A stretch of DNA of 64,000 bases from Squalus acanthias. Lineage: Eukaryota. A program made the translations under genes and the position numbers. The notes below the pieces were generated by a model that searched no databases, was not told where the DNA came from, and was given only the letters and a program-made list of their open reading frames with translations. The stretch lies in contig JASTWF010000244.1 in the NCBI GenBank assembly GCA_030390025.1, positions 124,001 through 188,000 of the forward strand. Direction: 5' to 3'. Below, piece after piece: positions 25,601 through 37,284 of the stretch (positions within the stretch are counted from its first letter, which is position 1; each line of letters opens with the position of its first letter).

Positions 25601-28600
25601 CCGGATGACCTACATCCTAGGGTTTTGAAAGAGGTGGCCATTGGGTTAGTGGACGCATTGGTCGTCATCTTCCAAAATTCTATAGATTCTGGAACGGTTC
25701 CTGCTGATTGGAGGATAGCAAATCTAACCCCGCTATTTAACAAAGGAGGGAGGGAGAAAACGAGGAACTACAGCCCTGTTAGCCTCACATCAGTAGTTGG
25801 GAAAATGCTGGAATCTATTATAAAGGATGCAATAACTGCGCACTTAGAAACTAATGGTAAGATTGGGCAGAGTCGACATGGATTTATGAAAGGGAAGTCC
25901 TGTTTGACAAACCTATTGGAGCTCTTTGAAATGTAACTAGTGGAGTAGACAAAGGGGACGATGTGGTGTATTTGGATTTTCAGAAGGTCTTCAATAAGGT
26001 CCCACACAAGAGGTTGGTGAACAAAATTAGGGCACATGGAATTGGGGGTAATATACTAGCATGGATTGAGAATTGGTTAACAGACAGAAAACAAAGAATA
26101 GGGAAAAACAGGTCTTTTTCAGTCTGGCAGGCTGTGACCAGTGGGGTACTGCAAGGATCAGTGCTTGGGCCCCAGCTATTCACAATCTATATCAATGATT
26201 TGGATGAGGGGACTAAATGTAACATTTCCAAATTTGCTGATGACACAAAGCTAGGTGGCAGTGTCAGTTGCGAAGAGGATGTGAAGAGGCTTCAAGGGGA
26301 TCTTGACAGGCTCAGTGAGTGGGCAAGAACATGGCAGATGGATTATAATCTGGATAAATGTGAAGTTATTCACTTTGGTAGAAAAAACAGAAAGGCAGAG
26401 TATTTCCTAAATGGTGAAAGATTGGGGAATGCAGATGCTCAAAGGGACCTGGGTGTCCTTGTGCATGAGCCACTGAAAGTGAATGTGCAGGTGCAGCAAG
26501 CCAATAGGAAGGCAAATGGTATGCTGGCCTTCATTACAAGAGGATTTGAGTATAGGAGTAAAGAAGTCTTACTCCAATTATATAGGGCCTTGGTGAGACC
26601 ACACCTGGAGTACTGTGTACAATTTTGGTCTCCTTACCTAAGGAAGGATATACTTGCCATAGAGGGAGTGCAACGAAGGTTCACAAGATTGATTCCTGGG
26701 ATGGCGGGACTGTCGTATGAGAAGAGATTGAGTAAACTAGGCCTGTATTCTCTTGAATTCAGAAGAATGAGAGAGGATCTCATTGAAGCATACAAAATTA
26801 TTACAGGGCTTGATAGGGTGGATGCTGGGAGAGCATTTCCCTTGGCTAGGGAGTCTAGAACCAGGGGCCACATCCTCAGGATAAAGGGTAAGCCATTCAG
26901 GACTGAGATGAGAAGAAATTTCTTTACACGGAGGGTGGTGAAACTTTGGAATTTTCCAACCAGACAGCTGCGGAGGCTCAGTCATTGGGTATATTCGAAA
27001 CAGAAGTCGATAAATTTCTGACGAGTAAGGGCACCAAGGGATATGGCGATAAGGCCGATGAATGGAGTTGAGGCAGAAGATCAGTCATGATCTCGTTGAA
27101 TTGCAGAGCAGGCTCGAAGGGTGAATGGCCTACTCCTACTCCTGCTTCTTATGTTCTTATGTCCATGTTTGGATCAAGGTTGTAATAAGGCCGGGAGCCG
27201 AGTGGTCTTGGCGGAACCCAAACTGGGCATCAATGAGCAGGTTATTGATGAGTAAGTGCCGCTTGATAGCACTGTCGATGACACCTTCCATCACTTTGCT
27301 GATGATTGAGAGTAGACTGATGGGGTGGTAATTGGCCGGGTTGGATTTGTCCTGCTTTTTGTGGACAGGACATACCTGGGCAGTTTTCCACATTGTCGGA
27401 TAGATGCCAGTGTTGTAGCTGTACTGGAACAGCTTGGCTAGAGGCGCGGCTAGTTCTGGAGTACAAGTCTTCAGCACGATAGCCGGGATGTTATCGGGGC
27501 CCATAGACTTTGGTGTATCCAGTGTGCTCAGCCGTTCCTTGATATCACGTGGAGTGAATCGAATTGACTGAAGACTGACTTCTGTGGAGTAGGCCGATAT
27601 GAATCATCCACTCGGCACTTCTGGCTGAAGATGGTTGCAAATGCTTCAGCCTTGTCTTTTGCACTCACATGCTGGGCTCCACCATCATGGAGCCTCCTCC
27701 TCCTGTTAGTTGTTTAATGGTCCACCACCATTCACGACTGGATGTGGCAGGACTGCAGAGCTTTGATCTGATCCATTGATTGTGGGATCGCTTAGCCCTG
27801 TCTATTGCATGCTGCTTCCACTTTTTAGCATGCATGTAGTCCTGTGTTGCAGTTTCCCCAGGTTGGCATTTTTAGGTATGCCTGGTGCTGCTCCTGACAT
27901 GTTCTTCTACACTCCTTATTGAACCAGGGTCCCCTGGCTTGATGGAAATGGTAAAGTGAGGAATATGCCATGCCATGAGGTTACAGATTGTGGAGGAATA
28001 CAATTCTGCCGCTGCTGATGGCTCACAGCGCCTCATGGATGCCCAGTTTTGAGCTGCTAGATCTGTTCTGAATCTATCCCATTTAGCACGGTGGTAGTGC
28101 CACACAACACAATGGAGGGTGTCTTCAGTGTGAAGACGGGACTTCATCTCCACAATGACTGTGTGGTGGTCAGTGCAACCAATACTGTCAGGGACAGATG
28201 CATCTGCGACAGGTAGATTGGTGAGGATAAGGTCAAGTAGGTTTTTCTCTCGTGTTGGCACTCTCACCACTTGTTGCAGGCCCAGACTGGCAGCTATGTC
28301 CTTCAGGACTCGACCAGCTCAGTCAGTAGTGGTGCTACCGAGCCACTCTTGGTGATGTACATTGAAATGCCCCACCCAGAGTACAGTCTGTGCCCTTGCT
28401 ACTCTCAGTGCTTCTTCGAAGTGGTGTTCAACATATGGAGGAGTACTGATTTATCAGCTGAGGGAGGGCGGTAAGTGGCAATTAGCAGGAGGTTTCCTTG
28501 CCCATGCTGGGGTCCAGAGTCAATGTTGAGGACACCCAGGGCCACTCCTTCCTGACTGTATACCACTGTGCCACGACCCCTGGTGGGTCAGGACATACCC

Positions 28601-29151
28601 AGGGATGGTGATGGAGAAGTTTGGGAGATTGGCTGAAAGGTATGATTCTGTGAGTATGACTATGTCAGGCTATTGCTTGACTAGTTTGTGGGGCAGCTCG
28701 CCCAATTTTGGCACAAGTTCTCAGATGTTGGTGAGGAGGACTTTGCAGGGTCGACTGGGCAAGGTGTGCCGTTGCTGTGTCTCCATAGTCGGTGCCGAGT
28801 GGTTTCATTCTTATTATGTTTCGTAGCGGTTAGATACAACTGAGTGACTTGCTAGGCCATTTAAGAGTCAACCGCATTGCTGTGGGTCTGAAGTCATATG
28901 TAGGCCAGACCAGGTAAGGACAACCGATTTCCTTTGCTAAAGGATATCAGTGAACCAGATGGGTTTTTAACGACAATCCAATAGTTTCATGGTTAACATT
29001 ATTGATACTAACTTTTTATTCCAGATTTATTTAATTAACTGAATTTAAATTCCCCAGCTGCCGTGGTGGGATTTGAACTTACGTCTCTGGATCATTAGTT
29101 CAGGCTTCTCGATTACTAGCCCAGTGACATTATCACTATGCTACCATTTCC
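22675..29151 (-). mobile_element. Near full-length non-LTR retrotransposon (CR1/L2 group, distinct from CR1) with a tRNA-like 5' head, inserted in the ERV leader
   Basis: EN (PTREKNLLDLILTN, TDHHTV) and RT ([21 protein letters not shown]); poly(A) end at ~22675; GGAGATTG on both flanks (22667-22674, 29160-29167). Confidence 0.85.
23874..27160 (+). mobile_element. CR1 LINE (ORF1 SGNH-esterase tail plus frameshifted ORF2) nested in the preceding LINE
   Basis: DGLHL ORF1 motif; YLNACSI/ITETWL/GDFH EN; KFADDTK RT; (TTCTTATG)n tail; host LINE resumes at GTCCATG 27161. Confidence 0.95.
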
Positions 29152-29241
29152 ATAAGTGAGGAGATTGGAGACTGATCACCTCCAATAGAGGTCGAGTCCA
29201 AGAAGGAGAGGGCCGAATGGAAAACAGCTGTAACAATAAAA

Positions 29242-30950
29242 ATGGATAGCGATGATAAAGGAATATTATTGAGCAGAGCATAGGCAGAAAATTATGTCCA
29301 AAAGCGCACTACGGAAGGACCTTTTGAGGAGGGTGACACTAATGACCCTTATGGGGGACTTTTCAATGAAGTGTGAGAATCGAATATAAATTTAAAAAAT
29401 AACAAAGCAAGAAAGGCCAATTGCATAATGGCAATGGTGCAAATAATAACTAGTTTGAATGAGAAATTCACTAAACACTCAGGCTGTACAGGCAGAAGTA
29501 GAGAGATTGAAAAATGAATTGGGTGCTGCACATGCAGAATGGAGATTAGCCGCCAACCAACAGTTGGAGATGCAACAATTACGCATCCAGCTGCAGCATT
29601 CTTCAGAAACAATAGCTGAGATACAGGGAAAACGGAAGGATACCAAAATAGCTTATTGAGAACGATGGAACTTTTCGTAAGAAAACAACGATAGAGAGGT
29701 GGTAAGGCAATGGAGAGAGGAGAGACGGGGAAGAGCAGAGGACAAGAAAAAGATTAAAGAATTCAAAGTTAGAGTGGCAGCCTTGTTTGTTGGCACTTAT
29801 GAGGAGGAATCCAGTCCTCCCAACAGCGCCCCCACAGTTCAGAAGACCACTGAAGGTGGAGGTTTCTGAGGCCGAGCAGGGAGGAAGTGATACTTCTACT
29901 ATCAATAGTAATGCAGGGGGTGTCGCGGATTATACCCGGTCTAAAACAGGTGGTAGTACGGGGAGTACACAGCTCTGTTAAAATGGCCCCGTTAGTGAAC
30001 AAACACCTGCGCACAAAAGGGGAGACAGATATGCGAACAGGTCAAACAGTATATGAATACGAAAATAACGTAAGTCAGGATCTGACTCTTTTAGAATCAT
30101 GCCACCTCAGTGACCAATTGCCCAAATATGAGGGAATAGGAGACCCAACTCGGTTATTAAATAAAGTACGATTGCTCCAGCGGGTGTACGCCTTGACAGA
30201 CAAGGATGCTTGTGGACTGCTGCAGGCTGTCTTGCCTCCAGGCGTGACATTGCTTGATGAGTTTGAACTGGGGAAGAGGGCCAATTCTCAGACCATGAAG
30301 AGCGTAAGACCATAGTGTGTGAAGCGGTGGGATATAGTGGCGGATATGGGAAAGATTATGGACCATAATCCCAGGGATGAGCACCCAATCCAGTATTTGA
30401 GGGACTTTGTGGAAGTGTATAATCAGAACTGTGGACCCCGTGGTGCTCGAGTAGAATTGTCCGAGGATGATCCCACTTTTTGGAGTTTAGTGATGAATAA
30501 ATACAAGACCCGAGTAAGTCCTGCTTGTGAGCATATACTTCATCAATACGCCATGAACTGAGGGCGATGAAACCACGAGAAGGGATAGGGAGGGATATTC
30601 AGACACCCCTTCAAGCCTGGCATAAATCCCGACTCGAGCATAAAACTCTGACAATCCCAAAAACTGAAAAAGCAGCGACAGTTGTGACTAATGAAGGGGC
30701 AAAAGGAGGGAAGCCTTGCTTTAACTGTGGGAGACAGGGACACTTTGCCAAGGAGTGTCGTACACAAAACATCGGTGGTAACCGTGGCAAGTCAGGACAC
30801 ACTAAAGGACAGCGTTGGTCTAAGGGAGGAGGAGCCCACGGGCAGGGACCCTAACAGAGAGGAGGACAGAGTCTCAGTTTAACCGCTTCCAGATGAACAG
30901 AATGTGTATGTAGAAGTAGTTTGAGCCTTACTGAAATTGTGGGAGAGAAA
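29242..30950 (+). pseudogene. ERV gag (degenerate) with N-terminal coiled coil and CCHC zinc knuckle
   Basis: AEVERLKNELGAAHAEWRLAANQQLEMQQLRIQL; CFNCGRQGHFAKEC at 30717-30758; many stops. Confidence 0.8.
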
Positions 30951-30999
30951 GAATCAGGGCAAGTCCACGAACCCAAATCCTTTTAAAAAGGATGAACAG

Positions 31000-33900
31000 G
31001 GGCAGGCCTCAGTAGCTGCTGTGAGTCAGCTTCGATATGATGTCGAGGGCAGACCTTTGTCTCAGTCTTGGTAAGAGGCCGCCGAGACAATTTTCTAGTG
31101 GACATGGGGGCGTCCTGTTCCATCACTCACCATGAAGATTTCCCCTCCAGCGGGCATTGCCTGCAGTTATTGGGAGCAGGAGGAGGAGGCATCTCGGCAG
31201 AGATGACCCTTCCCCTTCAATTACAAATTGGCAGTATTAAGTTTGAATTATCATTGTGTATGGCCTCCACACATGAAGGGTCAATTTTAGGGTCAGGCGG
31301 GATCGCTAAAGGGAAATTGATTATTGATGTTACAAACCATATGATTTGACAGGGACCCGATCCACCCCATGACATGCATTTGCCAACCGTAGTACATGAT
31401 GTACACTCAGTGTATACAGTAAAAGGGATAAGGGTTTATGATGTTCCCCATCTATTACAAACGTTCGATCAGTGTTTGGCTCACATAATTTGGAAACATC
31501 AGAAGGTATGGGCACAGCATGAACATGATTGTGGGAGGGTGATAAATATGGTGGTAGCCGTAGACGGTGAGATCCTTCACCCCAGAAGCAGTATCCGTAT
31601 CCAGAAGATGCGGAACAGGCAACTGGGGACGTCATACAGTCCCTTTTAGGCCAGGGGATACTACGGGAATGTGTCTCCGGAACAATGCACCCGTATGATC
31701 TGTAACGAAGTCTGATGGCTCGTGGAGAACGACTATCGATTACTGTCAGCTAAATGCCGCCCTGTTAGCCAGTCACCCTGATGTGATGTCCAAGTTACGG
31801 GGCACTGCCACCATCTATTCAACCTTGGACATTTCAAATGGATTCTGGAGCATTCCAGTGCATCCAGACAGTCAGTAGAAATTTGCATTTACCTTCAGGG
31901 GACAACAACACACTTGGGTAGGGTTACCCCAGGGATTCCACAAATCGCCTACTTTGTTTCACCAGTGTATGGCAGATGTATTACATTCATGTTCACGACC
32001 TGACGATGTGATTCAGTATGTTGATGATTTATTGTTGCAGTCAGAGCCAATGGGGAAGCATTACTTCCTCTTGGAGGAAGTCTTGAGCCTCTTAGAAGAG
32101 GTTGGATTTAAAATTAATCTGAAAAAAGCTGCACTTGCGCAGAAAACTAACTTTTTTGGGTGTTAAAATTGAACAGGGAGGAAAAACCCCCAGATCCAGC
32201 CACGATATGACTGGTAGCGGAACTACCAAGACCACACACGTTTACAGCTTTGCGGTCGTTCCTGGGTTTTGTGGAATTTTGTAGGGAGTTTATTGAAGGT
32301 TTCAGTGAGATGGCAGCCGCATTGTATCGCCATCTACAGGGCAACCCCGGTAAAGAATTGGGACTGGGAATCACATCAGGCATTCAAAAATCTTAAAAAG
32401 GCACGCAAACAAGCTCCAGCCTTGCGGAGTCCAGATCCCTCTCAGCCCTTCATTATGGAAGTTGCAGTTTCAGAGCAATGTATACCTGCCGTGGTAATGC
32501 AAGAGGTGCACGGAAGGTGCATCCCAGTAGGATATTTCTCACGTACACTCACCCCTGTAGAGAGATCGTACGACGAATGTACTAAGCAGATTCTGGGGGT
32601 CCACTGGTTAGTCAAGCACACGGAATGTTTGGTGTGATTTAATCAGTTCATCTTTCACACCCCTCATACCCCAGTGGTGTTATTAGTGAAGGGCCAGGTG
32701 AAAGGTGTGTCCCCAGCGCAGTGGGGAAGATGGATCTTGGATTTGAGCAGTGAAGATATTACGGTCCGACACTTCCACACCTACCAATTGGCTCAAATGT
32801 TGCAATATGAGGGAACACCCTGTGCCTGTAAAGTGGAAGAGGTCGTATCTAGTGGACCTATTAAAACCATACCACTGGTGGGCTCCGCTAGTGTTTACGT
32901 GGATGGTTCCAGGTTTTATGAACAGGGACAATACCATACAGGCGCTGCATGCTGGATTCCACAGGACTCTCATTAAATGTCCGCCCCAGCACTCTGCCCA
33001 AAAGGCCAAAGTTATTGCTGTAGTTACAGCTCTCCAGACAATTATGGGGAAGGTCACTAAATGCTCTTGATAGTTCATTTGTGTGCCATTCCCACACAGA
33101 CTATTTGCCAATTTGGCAAAAATGTGGCTTCTGCACTGCAGAAGGGCAACCACTCGCCCATCATTCGGAACTCCAAATGATTTGGGATAGCGCCGGTGAG
33201 CGACATGGGCAAACTGCCATTTATAAAGTGAAAGCCCATCAGTGGGAGGGAATTAGCCAAGAAGGTGACCATAATAATGTGGCTGATCAATTGGCCAGAG
33301 AAACAGCTATAAAAGAGATTCCATGGAAACCACCTACCTCACAACCACTGGCATCAGTGCGACAGACTCCGGTCATACCTGATTTGAAAAGCTGTCAGGA
33401 TACTGACCCCGATGTGGTCATGGCTAAAGAGGCTATACGCAATGGGAAGGATCTTCCTCTGCCCTTCGCACTCAGTAAGAACTCGCTTGTCCTACATGAA
33501 GAGGTTTTGTACCATGAGGATGGCCCCAAATTGACATGGGTCACCCCTCTCTGTCTTAGAAAAGAGTTGATTCTGTATATGCATCAAATGCCTCTGTTTC
33601 TCGGCTTATGGATATGTTACACAGTTGTTACTGGTGGCCAATGATGCGCCAGGATGTTCAACATCACCGAGATTTGTGTCTCATTTGTGCCCAAATGAAT
33701 CCGGCCCCAACTAAAGAAAAGGTCCCGATGGGTACCTCTCACCCGAATAATGATCCATGGGAAACATTGCAGATTGACTCTACAGGCCCATTACCCACAG
33801 CAAAAGGAGGGTATTGGTTTATCTTAGTGGTTATACATATGTTTACCCGGTGGATCGAAGCCTTTCCAGCCCGTAAAAATGATGCAGTTACCACGGGAGC

Positions 33901-34560
33901 AAATTTTTACCAGATGGGGTTTTCCAAAAAGGATAGAAAGTGATAATGGATCACATTTTATGGCAGAAGTGATGCAACATCTGTGCCGCCTCATCGGTGT
34001 GGAGCAATATTTCCACATCCCCTACCACCCACAGTCTATGGGATGGTGGAACGCTTGGATCGCACTCTGAAAGCAGGGCTGAAAAAAGCTGTCATGCAGG
34101 GAAGTGATGATCTGGTTAAGACCAGTACTGATTGGGTTCTGGCTTTGCCTGGTATTCTGATGGCCACACCAGTGAGCTCTACCGGCTGATTTGAGCTGAT
34201 GACAGGCCGACAGATGCAAATTGCACATCCAAGTGAGGTTCCACTCCCCATTGCTACTCGCCAGATCCATAACCAGTTCCTCCAGAACCTCCAACAATCT
34301 TTACAGTCCACTCTGCTCCATGTAGTGGAGAAGATGGGTGCTACCCATTTTAACACCACCTGGGACGACCACCCCACCTATTGCATTAACTACTTGATTG
34401 CGAGCAAGTCATGCTTAAAACTTTTTTAAAAAGGGGGGCCTGGGAGACTAATTGGGAAGGTCTGTATGAAATCATGGACAAATTGGGAGAAACAAACCTT
34501 AAATTGGCCATCCAGAAACGAGATCAGTGTAAACTGTACAAGAAAAGGAGGTCAGATAAC
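31000..34560 (+). pseudogene. ERV pro-pol (degenerate): protease, RT, tether, RNase H, integrase
   Basis: FLVDMGAS; LPQGF, YVDD (32017-32028); tether PDPSQPFIMEV; RNase H VYVDGS/SAQ/KVKAH/NNVADQLA; IN LQIDSTGPLP/ESDNGSHF/GMVER. Confidence 0.88.
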
Positions 34561-34608
34561 TAGATGGAGAATAAATGCTGCATTTGATTTTATTTTAACT
34601 GGAACAGG

Positions 34609-35230
34609 ATGTGGAGAGTCATTGTACTACTGCTGACCTCTACCAGTGTGAAACAACAGCTGGAAAGAAGATGGAACTGTGTAACAAGCCCGGTTGGCCC
34701 GAACGGATCCAGTGATGAACGCACCTGGAGGGTGCAAATACCAGCAGGGGATGGGTTACAAATACGATGTGATTGTATGGGAAATAATACTTTCAGTGTA
34801 ACTAAGATCACTTTTAACTGGATCAAAATTCAAGGACCTATCAGCAGCAAAATTGGGGACTTGGGGATCCTGTATAAAGGAGCCTTAATAATTAATGCTA
34901 ATTAAAGTGAGTTGAAACAAAAATTGAACTGGCCGAGAATTTGGAAGCATAGCTTTCTCAAAGATGCGATAGGAGTGGGATGCTCCGTGAAGGACAGTAC
35001 TAGCCGTTTAACTGCAGTATCTGGAAACTTTGTTTATATTAATGCAACAGATGTTGAGGAAAAGCTTGAGCATGTGTTCAACTCAAGCCTACAAGATTAT
35101 ACCTGCCCACCTCAGTGACCAAACCCAAATAGAAACGGACTTGAAGTAATCAAATCCGGGACTGTACGATGTAATGTTGCCCGTTTTGAGATTGTACCAA
35201 TGTTATTGAATATGAAATTGGACATATCCA
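34609..35230 (+). pseudogene. Putative ERV env N-terminus (two in-frame stops), truncated
   Basis: Signal-peptide-like MWRVIVLLLTSTS just after integrase; N-glycosylation sequons (NGS, NNT, NAT, NSS); one frame across stops at 34903 and 35116. Confidence 0.6.
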
Positions 35231-35258
35231 AAAAGCTTTTCATTGTAATTATACAGAT

Positions 35259-37250
35259 ATGGACAGGGTGAAAGAACGAGCTCAGCGCTTCAGCGAGCGG
35301 GCCTTGGAGGCTCTGGTTGGCGCGGTGGAGCGCAGAAGATCTATACTCTTCCCTGAGAGTGGCAGGAGGCCTTTGTCGCATGACCACAGAAGATTGTGGA
35401 GGGAGGTGGCTCAGCACGTCTCCTCCAGGAGCATGGCGCCCAGGACCCATACTCAATGTCGCAAAAAGTTCAACGACCTCACTCGGGTCATCAGGGTGAG
35501 TGGCTTTTTTTCAATACCTCTCCATCCCTCTATTTCAACCTCACTCTATTGCCAGTGGGTCTTAAAACCCCAATGCCCAACACTCATGGCCCTCTCATGA
35601 AATGCACATTCCACACCTTGCATACAGTAAGAGCTATTCAATTATGGGAGGCACATCAGGCAAGACCATGGCTGTATATTTACTCAGACCCCGTCCTTTT
35701 TCTTGCAGGCCAAGCTATTTCATAATAGCAGACAGCAGCAACGGACGGGTGGAAGGCGGCCTCAGCTGCAACCCCTCAACGATCTTGAGGCGCGCACCCA
35801 CAGGATTGTGTCAAGCCAGGTGATTGGTCCCATTGCCCCTGGAGAGGCCAACTCCGTTCGGGACAGCAATGGTAAGGCCTCTCCTCTCTCATTCCACTTG
35901 TCCCTCACAACACCAGCCTTTGACACTTTCAATCCAACTTACTAAATCGCTGCAACAACAGAAAACGCTGGAAAAACTCAGCAGGTCAGACAACATCTGT
36001 GAAGAGAGAAACAGAGTTAATGTTTCAGGTCGAAGACCTTTCGTCAGACCTGAGAAAAAAGCAGGAAATGAAACAGATAAAAAAGCAGGTGGGAGGCTTG
36101 GGGGAGGAATAAAAGAACAAAAGGGGTGGTCTATGATAAGTAGAGACATTAAGAGATGCTCAAGGCAAGACGAGATGGTAATAGGACAGGTTAAGAAACA
36201 AAAGATGGCTCAGAAGTGTGAAGTGTGAAATGCTGACAGAATGAAAGACAGCTGCCGTGGGGGGAGAGAGAGAAAAAAAAAGGGAAAAGGCACAAACAAC
36301 TTACTAAATCGCTGCACTCCTTCCTCCCTTACTGCCTCCCTGTGCTCACACTAAAGCCACTCTTGTACCTCCCTGCCTTCAGGTGGTAATTCACCAGCTG
36401 AGGAGATGGGCCCTGAAGCTGCCAGTGGGAGCGAAGCGAGGAGGAAGAGGAAGCCGGAGCATCAGTGCTACCCTCTCCTGAGGAAGCCCATGCCCACACT
36501 GGGACCACGTCTTCCCTGGAGGGGAGCAGGGGGGAAGGGTCTGATGAGGGTGAAGCTCCGGGACCCAGCGGGCTGCAGTAACGCAATGTGGCTAGGCAAG
36601 CTCGGGGGCCTTCTCCCCGGAGGGAGAGTAGGACAGCGAGTCCTGCTGCACTAGACGCAGAGGAGGAGTGGCTCATCGCTGAAATGAACACCCAGGCGGT
36701 GGACATGCACACTCAGCTCATGGGTGCAGTGGGAAGGGTCCCCAATTGCATTGATGCACTGGCAAGGAGTGTGGAGCATGATGCTGTAGCACAGGCGGAT
36801 GGCACGCTAATGCTTAGTGCTGCAATTCGGTCACTGGCTGCCGTGATCCAATCTCAGACTGGTCTCATGCAGACTCAGATTGAGGCCACGCAAGCACTGA
36901 CTGCTGCCATTGTCGCTGGTTCGGACACATTTCCCCAGGAATCTCACCGCGCCGCAGCAGGCCAGCAATCTCTGCTCCAGCAGATTGCTCCGGATGCTGA
37001 GGTGTTGCCCCGTGGGTGTGCCAGTGTGTCGGTCGAGCAGGGAGTTGCTGTCTTCTCTCAAGATAACAGCATTCCTGCTGCCACCGCTGTCACTTCCCCA
37101 TTGCACTTGCCACCGCCTGTAGCCCAGACTGCTGCCGCCCATGCAGAGTAGGTGCAGTCTGCAGCCGGGCCCTCCAGGCACCGAGCTGGTCGAGGCCGTC
37201 CTTCAAGTGCGTCTGTAGTCTCAGGTTCTGACAATCAGCAGCCTTCCACC
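35259..37250 (+). CDS. Harbinger Myb/SANT DNA-binding protein (exons 35259-35495, 35709-35871, 36383-~37250; stops in exon 3)
   Basis: RAQRFSERALEALV...LWREVA...QCRKKFNDL; GT-AG junctions; KLFHNSRQQQRTGG. Confidence 0.8.
35955..36296 (-). mobile_element. Penelope-derived short insert with intact hammerhead core (36022-36047)
   Basis: 20-bp TSD CAACTTACTAAATCGCTGCA (35935-35954, 36297-36316); - strand CTGACGA-AAGGTC-TTC-GACCT-GAAAC. Confidence 0.85.
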
Positions 37251-37284
37251 ATTCATGTTGTTCTCCATACCAGAAGCCATTTCC

